Source: an uncultured bacterium
GTDB lineage: Bacteria > Acidobacteriota > HRBIN11 > JAKEFK01
NCBI GenBank assembly: GCA_963771165.1
Contig: CAVYSN010000021.1
Coordinates: 8,502-72,501 of the forward strand
Direction of reading: 5' to 3'
DNA length: 64,000 bases
Shown: piece after piece, positions 36,223 to 45,000 of the stretch
How positions within the stretch are numbered: position 1 is the stretch's first letter
Layout: each line of letters opens with the position of its first letter
Made by a program: the position numbers and the translations under genes
The notes under the pieces: generated by a model
Database searches by the model: none
Told to the model about the DNA's origin: nothing
The model's input: only the letters and a program-made list of their open reading frames with translations

Positions 36223-37530
36223 CTACGGTTTTTTCACGACATCGCCGCTTTTCATTACGAACACAACTCGTTCTGTAGCATGGATGTCGGTGAATGGATC
36301 CCCTGATACTGCGATCACATCGGCCGTTTTGCCCTTTTCAAGTGAGCCGATTTCGCGATCCAGTCCCAGAGCTTCTGCGGCGCTCAGGGTCCCGGCGCGA
36401 AGAGCGGACACGGGGCTCATTCCGTGATCGACCATCAAGCCAAACTCTTTGCGTTTTCACCATGTCTGGATACACCCGAATCGGTTCCGAACGCCACTTT
36501 GACTCCTATTTTCAACGCTTTTCGAAACGTATCCGACCGCTGTGCCATCGCTGCATCTGCTTTCGCTTTCACTTCCGGCGGTAATGCCGTACCACCTTTG
36601 ACGATCGTTTCGCCTGCAAGAAGCGTAGGGACCAACCAGGTCCCGCGCTCTTTCATCATGCGAAGCGCTTCGTCATCCAGAAACGACCCATGTTCAATTG
36701 TGTCGGCCTTTGCTCGAATAGCGACCTTGGCTCCTTCTGCTCCATGGGCATGAACGGCTACACGTTTTCTGAGTCGATGAGCTTCCTCAACAATCGCATC
36801 CATCTCAGCTTGTGTAATCTGTGGTGTGTCCACTTCGTCTGCCAGAGACAACACTCCACCGGTTGCGCACACTTTGATCACGTCCGCTCCATACTTAATC
36901 TGGTAACGAACCGAATCGCGGAATGCGTCCGGTCCGGAAGCAACTCCATCGGCGATGCCGCTTTCTTCGCCGAATAAGTCTTCGGGAAAACCGCTTGAAT
37001 CGCAGTGTCCTCCGCGGGCGCCAAGAGCGTTTGTTGCAGCGAGAATTCGCGGTCCGATCACGTATCCTTTTGAGATTGCATCGCGCAAGACCTGCATCGA
37101 TCCTGTCATTGGCTCCGAGATTACGGATTGTTGTGAAACCTGCATCCAGCATTCTGCGCGCAAAAACGGAGGCACGGAGAGATTCCTCCGGTACACCGCT
37201 CCGCAGGTCTTCAAAGAAATGCTTGAACGTAGTTCGCTCCCAGCTCACCCGTCGTGTGAACGTGAAGGTCAATGAACCCTGGAAGAATTGTGGTGTCGCC
37301 AAGTTCGATGACCGTTGCCCCCGCAGGAATTTGCAGCCCGGAGCCTGCCTCTCGGATCATTCCATTTTCAATCACAACAATGCCATTCCTGTACCGGTCC
37401 CGGCCGCACGTCCGTCCCAAAGACGAGCAGCTCGCAACACAACCAGAGGTTCGGATTTCTCCTGTGCGTAAGAAAAAGAAGCGAACAAACTCAAAACCAA
37501 AAGTATAAAAACAAGCGAGCGACTGATCAT
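36223..37530 (-). pseudogene. amidohydrolase family (imidazolonepropionase/Xaa-Pro dipeptidase-like) periplasmic hydrolase; about four frame disruptions
   Basis: RBS AGGAGGA and signal MISRSLVFILLVLSLFASFSYA (start 37530). LPGFIDLHVHT, AGFTTIRNLGA, GPRILAATNALGARGGHCD, AVHAHGAEG, KVAFGTDSG and GKTADVIAVSGDP are distributed over five frame segments. Junctions are near 37415, 37225, 37105 and 36445. Confidence 0.8.
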
Positions 37531-37654
37531 GATTCCTCCTGATCCAAAACGGCAATTTTAAACATGATTTCATTTTGCATGCAACGGGCTTAAAAAAATG
37601 TAGCGTCGGCGGATCGCCGGCAATAGATTGACCATGAATCACGGATTGGGCTTT

Positions 37655-37981
37655 TCAGACTTTTGCCAGCAACAGGTGTTTCATGGCTTTGATGGCGGTC
37701 TCATCTCGTTTATAAAAGGTCCATTGCTTGATCCGTTTTCCGCGGATGAACCCGGCCTGTGAGAGAATCCGAAGGTGCTCGCTGGCGGTCGGTTGGCTGA
37801 CGCCGAGCTTTTGCGCGATGAAAACTCCGCAGACGCCGTCTTTTATCAAATCTCCGTCCACCTGAGGAGGAAAATGCTTCTTTGGTGTTTTAAGCCATTC
37901 CAGGATCTGTAAACGGCGCTCGCTTGCAAGAGCCCTAAAGGCAAGTTCCATGTTGATAGCGGTCGCCCGTCCATTTATCAT
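37655..37981 (-). CDS. ArsR/SmtB family transcriptional repressor
   Basis: FRALASERRLQILEWL..FIAQKLGVSQPTASEHLRILSQAGFIRGKRIKQWTFYK is a winged HTH. I chose the start at ATG 37981 (MINGRA..), downstream of the promoter/operator. The track start at 38125 would lie upstream of that promoter. Confidence 0.8.
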   Translation of the reverse strand: MINGRATAINMELAFRALASERRLQILEWLKTPKKHFPPQVDGDLIKDGVCGVFIAQKLGVSQPTASEHLRILSQAGFIRGKRIKQWTFYKRDETAIKAMKHLLLAKV

Positions 37982-37988
37982 ATCTTTA

Positions 37989-38036
37989 ATTAGCTTACTG
38001 GCTAATGAGTATAAAGCGGAACGGTAACCTTCACAA
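37989..38036 (-). promoter_or_regulatory. sigma70-type promoter (TTGTGA-17-TATACT) with ATTAGC-N6-GCTAAT operator over the transcription start (arsR autoregulation)
   Basis: The minus strand reads TTGTGAaggttaccgttccgcttTATACTcATTAGCcagtaaGCTAATtaaagatATG. The inverted repeat is at 37989-38006, the -10 at 38008-38013 and the -35 at 38031-38036. Confidence 0.55.
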
Positions 38037-38185
38037 GCGCACAAAAAAGTTTTTCGCAGTGTTTTTGTCCATCTTGACCGCGCCTGTATCTGTTTCCAAA
38101 AGAGTCGGGGCTTTAATATGTTCACAAAAAGAGGTATTGATGATTACGATAATACTGAAAGGGCGTTCTGACCCGGGGAGAAGCA

Positions 38186-38630
38186 ATGATCATGCTCGAA
38201 GTTCATGATCCTCATTTTGAAAAACGCGTGAGAGCCAGTTTTTTGCGGCAAACGTTGATGAAAACCATCGGAGCGAGCTTGCTAAAAGTTACGCCGGGTG
38301 AAGTTGAGATCGAGTTACTTTTCCGGGCCGATCTCGCACAGCAGCATGGCTATCTTCATGCAGGTGTTATTACCGCCATCGTTGATACGGCGTGCGGCTA
38401 TGCCGCGCTGAGTCTAATGCCAGAGCAAACTGAAGTTCTATCCATAGAATTTAAGATCAATTTCCTTTCCCCTGCCATCGGGGAGCGAATGATCGCTCGC
38501 GCGAGAGTGCACGCGATCCGGACGAACTGTCACGGTTTGCGCAGGAGAGGTCTTCGCATGGAAGGATAATAAAGAAAAGCTGATCGCTACGATGCTCGCT
38601 ACAATGATTGCTGTAGAGGGTCATTCGTAA
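38186..38630 (+). pseudogene. PaaI/hotdog-fold thioesterase; one frame disruption
   Basis: LHAGVITAIVDTACGYAA..SIEFKINFLSPA is in the 38186 frame. The conserved end GRTVTVCAGEVFAWKDNKEKLIATMLATMIAVEGHS reads in the +1 frame, with stop at 38628-38630. The junction is near 38518. Confidence 0.75.
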
Positions 38631-38652
38631 TTTTTCGCTCGGAGTGGTACTT

Positions 38653-39527
38653 ATGTATATCAGCAAAGAGACATCCGGCGAAACCCGAAAAAGACTCCTG
38701 AAAGTCTTATCGCTGGCAGAATTCAGCGTACTCGACGGGTCATACTCGTTTGAGGAGTTCACGATATCCGAGTTGTCGCGCAAAATAAGATCGGATGCAC
38801 TGGCTCTTGTTAGAGACGATAGTCTGATTAGCCAGCTCGTGCCGTCCGATTACAATTCCAATGGAGCGATTTAAGGTGTTCTGTTTCCACTTCCCCGACG
38901 GCCTTGACAACAGTGGATTTGTGGGGTGGTTGGCGACACATCTCAAGGAAACTTTGGGGACAAGCGTCTTCGTTATTTGCGGGCAGAACAGTGATCGCGG
39001 CGGCATCTTCGATTACTGGGCTTGTCCCTTGAATCTGGGAGATGAAGTTGCAGGGATGATTGTAGAAAAACTCGTGACTCTGAGTGCTTCGAGTCAAGAT
39101 AACAATGCCGGTAAGTATGAAAGGTCTATCGACGTTTTCTTCTATGGACTGTTCATGGACGTTAAACTCCTCCGGAGTCAGTCGGTGATGCCATCGAATC
39201 CGCGACGTGCTTTTGTTGAGGGTTTCAATCTGCCAATTGGCCGGCGCGCCATGCTAATTCCAACGGAAGGCGCACGCGCCTACGGCATGCTTATTGCTTT
39301 GACTCACGGCGAGATTGTGCCATTTGTACTCCGGACCGGGACTTCAACACTACCAGCCGGAAGCGGTGTTAGCCCATACAATGGAAGGCCAGGTCTTTCC
39401 GGCACTCTGCTACAACCTTGCGGAGCCCCCGAACTCTTCCGAGCGGAATCCTGTGTATGCGGCTCAACTCAAGGCGGTACTTCAGTCGCTTGGTTTCCCT
39501 CTCGAGTATATTGCGTCCATTCAGTAG
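38653..39527 (+). pseudogene. two-domain protein: conserved unknown N-domain + gamma-glutamylcyclotransferase (AIG2/GGCT-like) domain; two frame disruptions
   Basis: MYISKETSGE..LVPSDYNSN is in frame 1. RFKVFCFHFPDGLDNSGFVGWLATHLKETLGTSVFVICG..IDVFFYGLFMDVKLL..AYGMLIALTHGEI is in frame 2. LYSGPGLQHYQPEAVLAHTMEGQVFPALCYNL..YIASIQ is in frame 0. Junctions are near 38862 and 39310. No stop separates the two domains. Confidence 0.5.
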
Positions 39528-39561
39528 CGGCGTACAATGGGAAGAGTTCATTTGATTGATA

Positions 39562-39591
39562 TTGACAATTAGCTTATTAGCTAATTATAAT
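39562..39591 (+). promoter_or_regulatory. consensus sigma70 promoter TTGACA-18-TATAAT with ATTAGC-N6-GCTAAT operator filling the spacer
   Basis: The sequence is TTGACAattagcttattagctaatTATAAT. The inverted repeat AATTAGC/GCTAATT sits at 39567-39586. The -10 ends 10 nt before ATG 39602, which implies a leaderless or very short-leader mRNA. The track start ATG 39590 lies inside the -10 box. Confidence 0.7.
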
Positions 39592-39601
39592 GCGTTTCTT
39601 T

Positions 39602-40534
39602 ATGATTGATCGCCATGGAATAGCAGAAGCCGAAGCTTTGATTCGCCCCTACGTTCGGAGGACGCCAGTAGTGGAACTTCGCGGGGAAGATTTCGGATTA
39701 GGTTCCTTTTCGATAGTGTTCAAGCTGGAACTTTTGCAGCATTCAGGCTCGTTTAAAGCACGGGGCGCTTTTGCTCAACTGCTGATGCGGGATGTTCCCG
39801 AGGCAGGTGTGGTGGCTGCTTCGGGTGGAAATCACGGAGTAGCTGTAGCCTTTGCCGCGCAAAAACTGGGCAAACCGTCCAGAATCTATGTGCCGGTCGT
39901 TGCTTCCCCTGCGAAACAGGAACGGATTCGACGATACGGTGCGCACCTTGTGGTGACTGGAGATCGCTATTCGGATGCGCTTGAAGCCAGCCGCCTGTGG
40001 TCCGTTCAATCGGGCGCAATGTCGATTCATGCTTACGATCAGCCGGAAACATTGTTTGGCCAGGGGACGCTCGGACTGGAGCTGCAGCAGCAATGTCCCG
40101 ATCTGGACACGTTGCTTGTGGCTGTTGGTGGAGGCGGATTGATCGGTGGAATCGCCGCGTGGTATGACGGCAAAATCAAGCTAATTGGTGTGGAACCTGA
40201 AGAGGCTCCGACTCTTTCCTACGCATGGGCGGCAGGCCGACCGGTGGATGCTCCTGCCGGTGGTATTGCAGCAGACTCACTGGCCCCGAAACGGGTCGGT
40301 GAGTTGATGTTTCCAATCGCACAAAAATTTGTAAACCGCGTCGTACTGGTTACAGATGCAGCCATTATCGATGCACAGAAAACGCTCTGGGAAACGATTC
40401 GCGTGGTTGCGGAGCCGGGAGGAGCTGCCGCATTTGCAGCTTTGCTGTCGCGCCGGTACATAGCCGGTCCCGGAGAGCGAATCGGAGTGGTGATCTGCGG
40501 TGGAAATGCAGAAGCGGTTCATTTCACATCGTAG
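39602..40534 (+). CDS. PLP-dependent threonine/serine dehydratase (fold type II)
   Basis: RTPVVEL, KLELLQHSGSFKARGA (PLP lysine), GGNHGVAVA and VAVGGGGLIGG glycine loop. Confidence 0.85.
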   Translation: MIDRHGIAEAEALIRPYVRRTPVVELRGEDFGLGSFSIVFKLELLQHSGSFKARGAFAQLLMRDVPEAGVVAASGGNHGVAVAFAAQKLGKPSRIYVPVVASPAKQERIRRYGAHLVVTGDRYSDALEASRLWSVQSGAMSIHAYDQPETLFGQGTLGLELQQQCPDLDTLLVAVGGGGLIGGIAAWYDGKIKLIGVEPEEAPTLSYAWAAGRPVDAPAGGIAADSLAPKRVGELMFPIAQKFVNRVVLVTDAAIIDAQKTLWETIRVVAEPGGAAAFAALLSRRYIAGPGERIGVVICGGNAEAVHFTS

Positions 40535-40571
40535 ATTTTCAAATCAGCAAGTAATCAGGAGAACAGGATGA

Positions 40572-41024
40572 ATGTCTACGAAAAGTTGGACAGGATTGGG
40601 AATATCACTTCCTCCCCTCACGAAACCGGTAGCAGCGTTCGTTCCTTTCGTTCGCACCGGCGATCTGATTTTCCTGTCGGGTCATATTGCCAGGAAAGAT
40701 GGCAAACCATGGAGCGGTCAACTCGGTTCCAATATTTCGGTGGAGGAGGGGAAGGAAGCGGGACGTGATGTTGCGAAAGATTTATTAGGCACACTGCACG
40801 CAGCTGTTGGAGATTTGAATAAAGTCAAACGGATTGTAAAGCTCATGGTTTTGGTCAATAGCGCTCCTACCTTCACGGAGCAGCATGTGGTTGCAAATGG
40901 TGTATCCGGATTTCTTGTTGAGATATTCGGAGATGTCGGAACGCACGCCAGAAGCGCATTTGGCGCAGCCCAGATACCGTTCGGTTCTTGTTTGGAAGTC
41001 GAAATGATTGTTGAGGTCGAATGA
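40572..41024 (+). CDS. ridA: RidA/YjgF/L-PSP family enamine-imine deaminase-like protein
   Basis: 150 aa. GDLIFLSGHIA..VKLMVLVNS..ARSAFGAAQIPFGSCLEVEMIVEV is the typical RidA-family C-terminal signature. It sits directly after a dehydratase. Confidence 0.8.
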   Translation: MSTKSWTGLGISLPPLTKPVAAFVPFVRTGDLIFLSGHIARKDGKPWSGQLGSNISVEEGKEAGRDVAKDLLGTLHAAVGDLNKVKRIVKLMVLVNSAPTFTEQHVVANGVSGFLVEIFGDVGTHARSAFGAAQIPFGSCLEVEMIVEVE

Positions 41025-41038
41025 GGAGGGATCAAACT

Positions 41039-41962
41039 ATGGACATTCTCTATGCTATTGGAAACACATCGATGGTTCGACTGAGCAAGGTCGTTCCGGC
41101 TAACTGTGCCGATATCTTCGTGAAGCTCGAGTGGGAGAACCCGACTGGAAGCGTCAAGGACCGGATGGCGCAGGCGATGATTTCGCGAGCGGAGGAGGAC
41201 GGTAAGCTGAAGCCTGGAGACACAGTGGTCGAGTACACGGGTGGCAGTACCGGGGCATCGCTTGCATTGATCTGCGCGGCCAAAGGCTACCGTCTCCGGA
41301 TCGTCAGCTCCGATGCGTTCAGCAAGGAGAAGTTGGATCACATGGCGGCGCTTGGTGCGGAGCTGACGCTCGTCCCGAGCGAGGGAGGTCTCACCACCAA
41401 GAAACTGATCCTGGACATGATCGAGACCGCCCGTGGTTTGAGCCAGGAGCCTCACACCTACTGGACCAACCAGCTCAGCAACCATGACAGCATTGCCGGC
41501 TACTACTCATTGGGTGAGGAGATCTGGAGTCAAACGAAGGGGGAGATCGACGCCTTCGTTCACTGCGTAGGTTCGGCCGCATCTTCGCGTGGGGTGGCCA
41601 CCGTGTTGAAGCGATACAAACCGAGCATCAAGATCGTCGTCGTCGAACCCGCAGAATCCTCGGTGTTGCTGGGAGGTCAGGCAGGGCCTCACAAGATCGA
41701 AGGAGTTGGGATAGGCTATACTCCTCCACTCTGGGAGCCGGCTCTAGTAGACGAAATCCTCCCTGTCAGAACAGACGACGCAAAGGAGATGGCGAGGCGG
41801 ATCGCCCGGGAGGAGGCGCTCTTCGCGGGGACCTCTTCCGGAGCAAACATCGTTGCCGCGATTCAAGTGGCAGAGCGGCTGGGGCCGGATGCGAAGGTGG
41901 TTACGCTCATGGCCGACTCCGGCCTGAAGTACTTGAGCACCGATGTGTACCGGAGAAAATAA
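41039..41962 (+). CDS. cysteine synthase / PLP-dependent CysK-CBS family enzyme
   Basis: IGNTSMVRL..VKLEWENPTGSVKDRMA (PLP lysine), TGGSTGASLA and SSGANIVAA. I chose the ATG at 41039 behind AGGAGG. The track start at 41021 overlaps the ridA stop. Confidence 0.85.
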   Translation: MDILYAIGNTSMVRLSKVVPANCADIFVKLEWENPTGSVKDRMAQAMISRAEEDGKLKPGDTVVEYTGGSTGASLALICAAKGYRLRIVSSDAFSKEKLDHMAALGAELTLVPSEGGLTTKKLILDMIETARGLSQEPHTYWTNQLSNHDSIAGYYSLGEEIWSQTKGEIDAFVHCVGSAASSRGVATVLKRYKPSIKIVVVEPAESSVLLGGQAGPHKIEGVGIGYTPPLWEPALVDEILPVRTDDAKEMARRIAREEALFAGTSSGANIVAAIQVAERLGPDAKVVTLMADSGLKYLSTDVYRRK

Positions 41963-41971
41963 GAACACGCA

Positions 41972-42094
41972 ATGGTGTATCCGTTTGTTGAAACTTTTGA
42001 AGATGTTGAAACGCACGCCAGAAACACACTTGGCGCAGTCCAGATTTCATTCGGTTCTTGCCAGGAATACGAGGTGATTGTGGAGGTCGAATGA
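41972..42094 (+). pseudogene. 41-codon relic of a second ridA-like gene (3' end only), overlapping the qor start
   Basis: MVYPFVETFEDVETHARNTLGAVQISFGSCQEYEVIVEVE aligns with the RidA C-terminus VEIFGDVGTHARSAFGAAQIPFGSCLEVEMIVEVE (24/35 identical by eye). The first 12 nt AATGGTGTATCC are identical to 40896-40907. The stop TGA overlaps qor ATG as ATGA. Confidence 0.6.
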
Positions 42095-43053
42095 AAGCGA
42101 TTCGTGTGCAACAGTTCGGTGGTCCGGAAAAACTGGTACTGGAAGAGGTTCCCGATCTGGAACCTCATGCGGGAGAAATTTTGATAGAGATTCAAGCTGC
42201 AGGGGTAAACCCTGTCGAAACATATATTCGCTCGGGAGTCTATGCGAGACTCCCGCAGCTTCCTTACACGCCTGGTTCGGACGGTGCCGGAATCGTAATC
42301 GCTGTTGGACCTGCGGTGCATCGATTCAAATTCGGCGATCGTGTTTACACAGCCGGCAGTCTTACAGGCACATACGCTCAGAAAGCGTTGTGCCGGGAAT
42401 CTCAGGTTTACGCTCTCCCGATGAACGTTTCGCCGCAGCAGGGAGCGGCGCTGGGAGTGCCGTACGCGACTGCGTTTCGCGCTCTCTTTCAAAAGGGCCA
42501 TGCAAAACCGGGGGAATCCGTTTTGATACATGGCGCAAGCGGTGGGGTCGGTATTGGCGCCGTTCAGTTGGCTCGCTCAAGGGGTATGAACGTGATCGGT
42601 ACGGCAGGAAATGATGCAGGGCGCGCTATCGTTCGTGAGAGCGGCGCGCATCATGTGCTGGATCACAATTCGGACAACGTTGTGCAGGAAGTGTTGCAGC
42701 TAACCGAAGGGCGCGGAGTTTCACTCATTTTGGAAATGATGGCCAACAAGAATCTCAGCCGCGATTTGAACATGTTAAGCAGGAATGGCCGTATCGTTGT
42801 GATCGGCAATCGCGGAACCATTGAGATCAATCCACGCGACGCTATGTCACTCGATGCATCCATCATTGGCATGCTTCTGTTTAACGCCTCCGAAGGCGAT
42901 TTGCTCGAGGTCCATGCTGCGCTGAGTGCGGCACTGAAAGATGGTGTCGTTCAGCCGGTCATCGGTATGCAGATTCCGCTGTCTGAATCCGCACGCGCGC
43001 ATGAAGCTGTAATGCAACCGGGACATTATGGCAAAATCGTGTTGTTGCCTTAA
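42091..43053 (+). CDS. qor: NADPH:quinone oxidoreductase (zeta-crystallin-like MDR family)
   Basis: MKAIRVQQFGGPEKLVLEEVP..AAGVNPVETYIRSG..PYTPGSDGAG..IHGASGGVG..HYGKIVLL. Confidence 0.85.
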   Translation: MKAIRVQQFGGPEKLVLEEVPDLEPHAGEILIEIQAAGVNPVETYIRSGVYARLPQLPYTPGSDGAGIVIAVGPAVHRFKFGDRVYTAGSLTGTYAQKALCRESQVYALPMNVSPQQGAALGVPYATAFRALFQKGHAKPGESVLIHGASGGVGIGAVQLARSRGMNVIGTAGNDAGRAIVRESGAHHVLDHNSDNVVQEVLQLTEGRGVSLILEMMANKNLSRDLNMLSRNGRIVVIGNRGTIEINPRDAMSLDASIIGMLLFNASEGDLLEVHAALSAALKDGVVQPVIGMQIPLSESARAHEAVMQPGHYGKIVLLP

Positions 43054-43085
43054 TAAAGAAGGTTCGGTGAAGTAGAGTAATCAGG

Positions 43086-43586
43086 TCAATCCAGGTTTGG
43101 AAGTCCGATACCCGAATAGTCGACCCCTTTCTCTCTTTGTAGCCATTGACAGTAATGCGATATTCTTCGCCCTTCAAGGTCCAGGAGGTAACCGAGATCG
43201 GACGCGCGAAAACAGATCTGAATCACAAGCTCATTCAAATCATCCGGCGTGTTCAGGCCGTTTTCAAGCGCTGTCTCCAGGGATTGACGAACCGCATTTC
43301 GGAAGGACTCGGATGCATTTTTGCTGAATACGATTTCTTTTGCTTTACGGAAATTCTCTATCACGGAATCCACTTCTTCGATCGAAAGTTCCATTTCTTC
43401 CGCAATTTTTTCCTTCGGCCATTGTTCGATTTCAGCTCGCTGCAGTATTCGAACCCCCTGCGGCATTAGTTTTGTAAATCGGACGTTTTTGACCGCAAGG
43501 TGATTGGCATAGTTGCTATAGCTATAGCCATACAGTTCCGCGGCCAGTAAATGAATTTCGCTCATGCTTTGTTGTTTTCGTTTCAT
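43086..43586 (-). CDS. hypothetical protein with a possible sigma-r4/LuxR-like HTH segment
   Basis: 166-aa ATG ORF. WPKEKIAEEMELSIEEVDSVIENFRKA resembles an HTH. I recognised no family. Confidence 0.4.
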   Translation of the reverse strand: MKRKQQSMSEIHLLAAELYGYSYSNYANHLAVKNVRFTKLMPQGVRILQRAEIEQWPKEKIAEEMELSIEEVDSVIENFRKAKEIVFSKNASESFRNAVRQSLETALENGLNTPDDLNELVIQICFRASDLGYLLDLEGRRISHYCQWLQREKGVDYSGIGLPNLD

Positions 43587-43635
43587 GTTTCACCGTTTTG
43601 CAGATTTGGCAAAAGTGTTATCACGAATCAGTATA

Positions 43636-44994
43636 ATGGTTTCAATGACCGAAGAATTGCAGCCTGGATATCGCTTGCTGCGACTTTTTGTCCGCTTCTG
43701 GATCAATCGCTTTTTCCGCCGCATCGAGGTACACGGCACTCATAATATTCCCCGGGGGGCCGCAATCTTTGCAATGAACCATCCCAACAATCTTATCGAT
43801 TCTCTGATCATCAGTTATGCGATTGAACGAAAGATTCATTATCTCGCAACTTCCCAGATGTTCCGAAACAAACTACTCTCGGTCATGCTCCACAACGCTG
43901 GCGTGATTCCAGTTTACAGAAAACAGGATGATCCTGCTCACAGTGAGAAAAATGTGTCTACGTTTCAGGCCTGCTACGAAGTTCTGAAAGCAGGCGGATC
44001 GATCGGTATTTATCCGGAAGGGACAACACATGCCGAGCCTCGGGTGAAACAGATCAGAACCGGAGCGGCGCGGATTGCTCTGGAAGCCGAACAGCGGTTT
44101 TCTACAGGGATAAAAATCGTTCCCGTGGGACTTAATTTTTCAAGACGCAAATCTTTTCGGGGAGAGGTTCTGGTGAACATCGGCGCTCCGATCGAAGCGT
44201 CCGCCTACTTGCCGCATTATCAATTAGAATCGGTGAAAACCGTTGAACAGCTCACCTCAGACTTGCAAGAAGCAATGGAGCACGAGGTTCTTCATATCGA
44301 TGCTCCTGAGCTGGATCAGCTCGTCAATGACATCGGTGAAATCTACAAGGGAGAACTGATTACGGATTTGATAGAGCTAGGACACAAGCCTGAGGATGTA
44401 AACTCGTTCAGGCTCTCACAAAAATTAGTCGAAGGAATTCATTTTTTTAACAAAAGGGATCCGGCCCGATTGATGAGGATCCGGGAAGAGGTCCGCCGGT
44501 ACAATAGCCGCCTTCGAAAAGCACATCTGCGGGACAAAATACTGCACCGGTTCGATTCACGGCCGATTGCCGTGCTGTTTCGAGTCCTGTTTCTTTTAGC
44601 GAGCCTTCCTCTCGCTTTGTGGGGCGGGCTCAATCACTTTCTACCGTACCATCTGACCCGTTTGATCAGCAGGAAATTTGCCAAAAAGGAAACCGATTAT
44701 GCGACGACGCGTATACTCAGCGGGATTGTGCTTTATTCGATTTTCTATTTAACACAAATGTACTGGGTGCTGAAAAAGTTTGGGTGGGTTGCCGCCCTTG
44801 TTTATGGCTGCACTTTACCTCTCACCGGTGCTTTCGCTTATTATTACCGGGAGAAGTTCAAGGCTTCTTTGGCTCACTTGCAGTTGTATCGATTGATGCT
44901 GACGAGAAAACATTTATTCCATCAGTTAAAACAAAGCCGGGAACGGCTCATTGCAGAGATGGACCGTGCCAAAGAGGATTATCTGCAGCAATAA
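43636..44994 (+). CDS. lysophospholipid (PlsC-type) acyltransferase with extended C-terminal membrane domain
   Basis: H(x)4D motif NHPNNLIDS, the IYPEGTT block, and C-terminal TM helices. The start is uncertain (43564, 43636 or 43645). Confidence 0.7.
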   Translation: MVSMTEELQPGYRLLRLFVRFWINRFFRRIEVHGTHNIPRGAAIFAMNHPNNLIDSLIISYAIERKIHYLATSQMFRNKLLSVMLHNAGVIPVYRKQDDPAHSEKNVSTFQACYEVLKAGGSIGIYPEGTTHAEPRVKQIRTGAARIALEAEQRFSTGIKIVPVGLNFSRRKSFRGEVLVNIGAPIEASAYLPHYQLESVKTVEQLTSDLQEAMEHEVLHIDAPELDQLVNDIGEIYKGELITDLIELGHKPEDVNSFRLSQKLVEGIHFFNKRDPARLMRIREEVRRYNSRLRKAHLRDKILHRFDSRPIAVLFRVLFLLASLPLALWGGLNHFLPYHLTRLISRKFAKKETDYATTRILSGIVLYSIFYLTQMYWVLKKFGWVAALVYGCTLPLTGAFAYYYREKFKASLAHLQLYRLMLTRKHLFHQLKQSRERLIAEMDRAKEDYLQQ

Positions 44995-45000
44995 ACGAAA

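Noticed and set aside
36923-37471. 182-aa and 106-aa plus-strand ORFs inside the second amidohydrolase locus
   Set aside because: The translations are arginine-rich with no motifs. The opposite strand carries all the conserved amidohydrolase blocks, although these are split over several frames.
41021-42094. The CysK-like gene flanked by ridA 3' ends considered as a mobile element with target-site duplication
   Set aside because: The two flanks are only ~70 percent identical at protein level. There are no terminal inverted repeats and no transposase or integrase gene. I reported it instead as an ancient rearrangement or paralog relic.
40718-42531. Long minus-strand ORFs (255 aa at 40718..41485, 222 aa at 41863..42531)
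   Set aside because: They are antisense to well-supported RidA, CysK-like and Qor genes. Their translations are Arg/Ser/Pro-rich low-complexity sequence typical of shadow ORFs.
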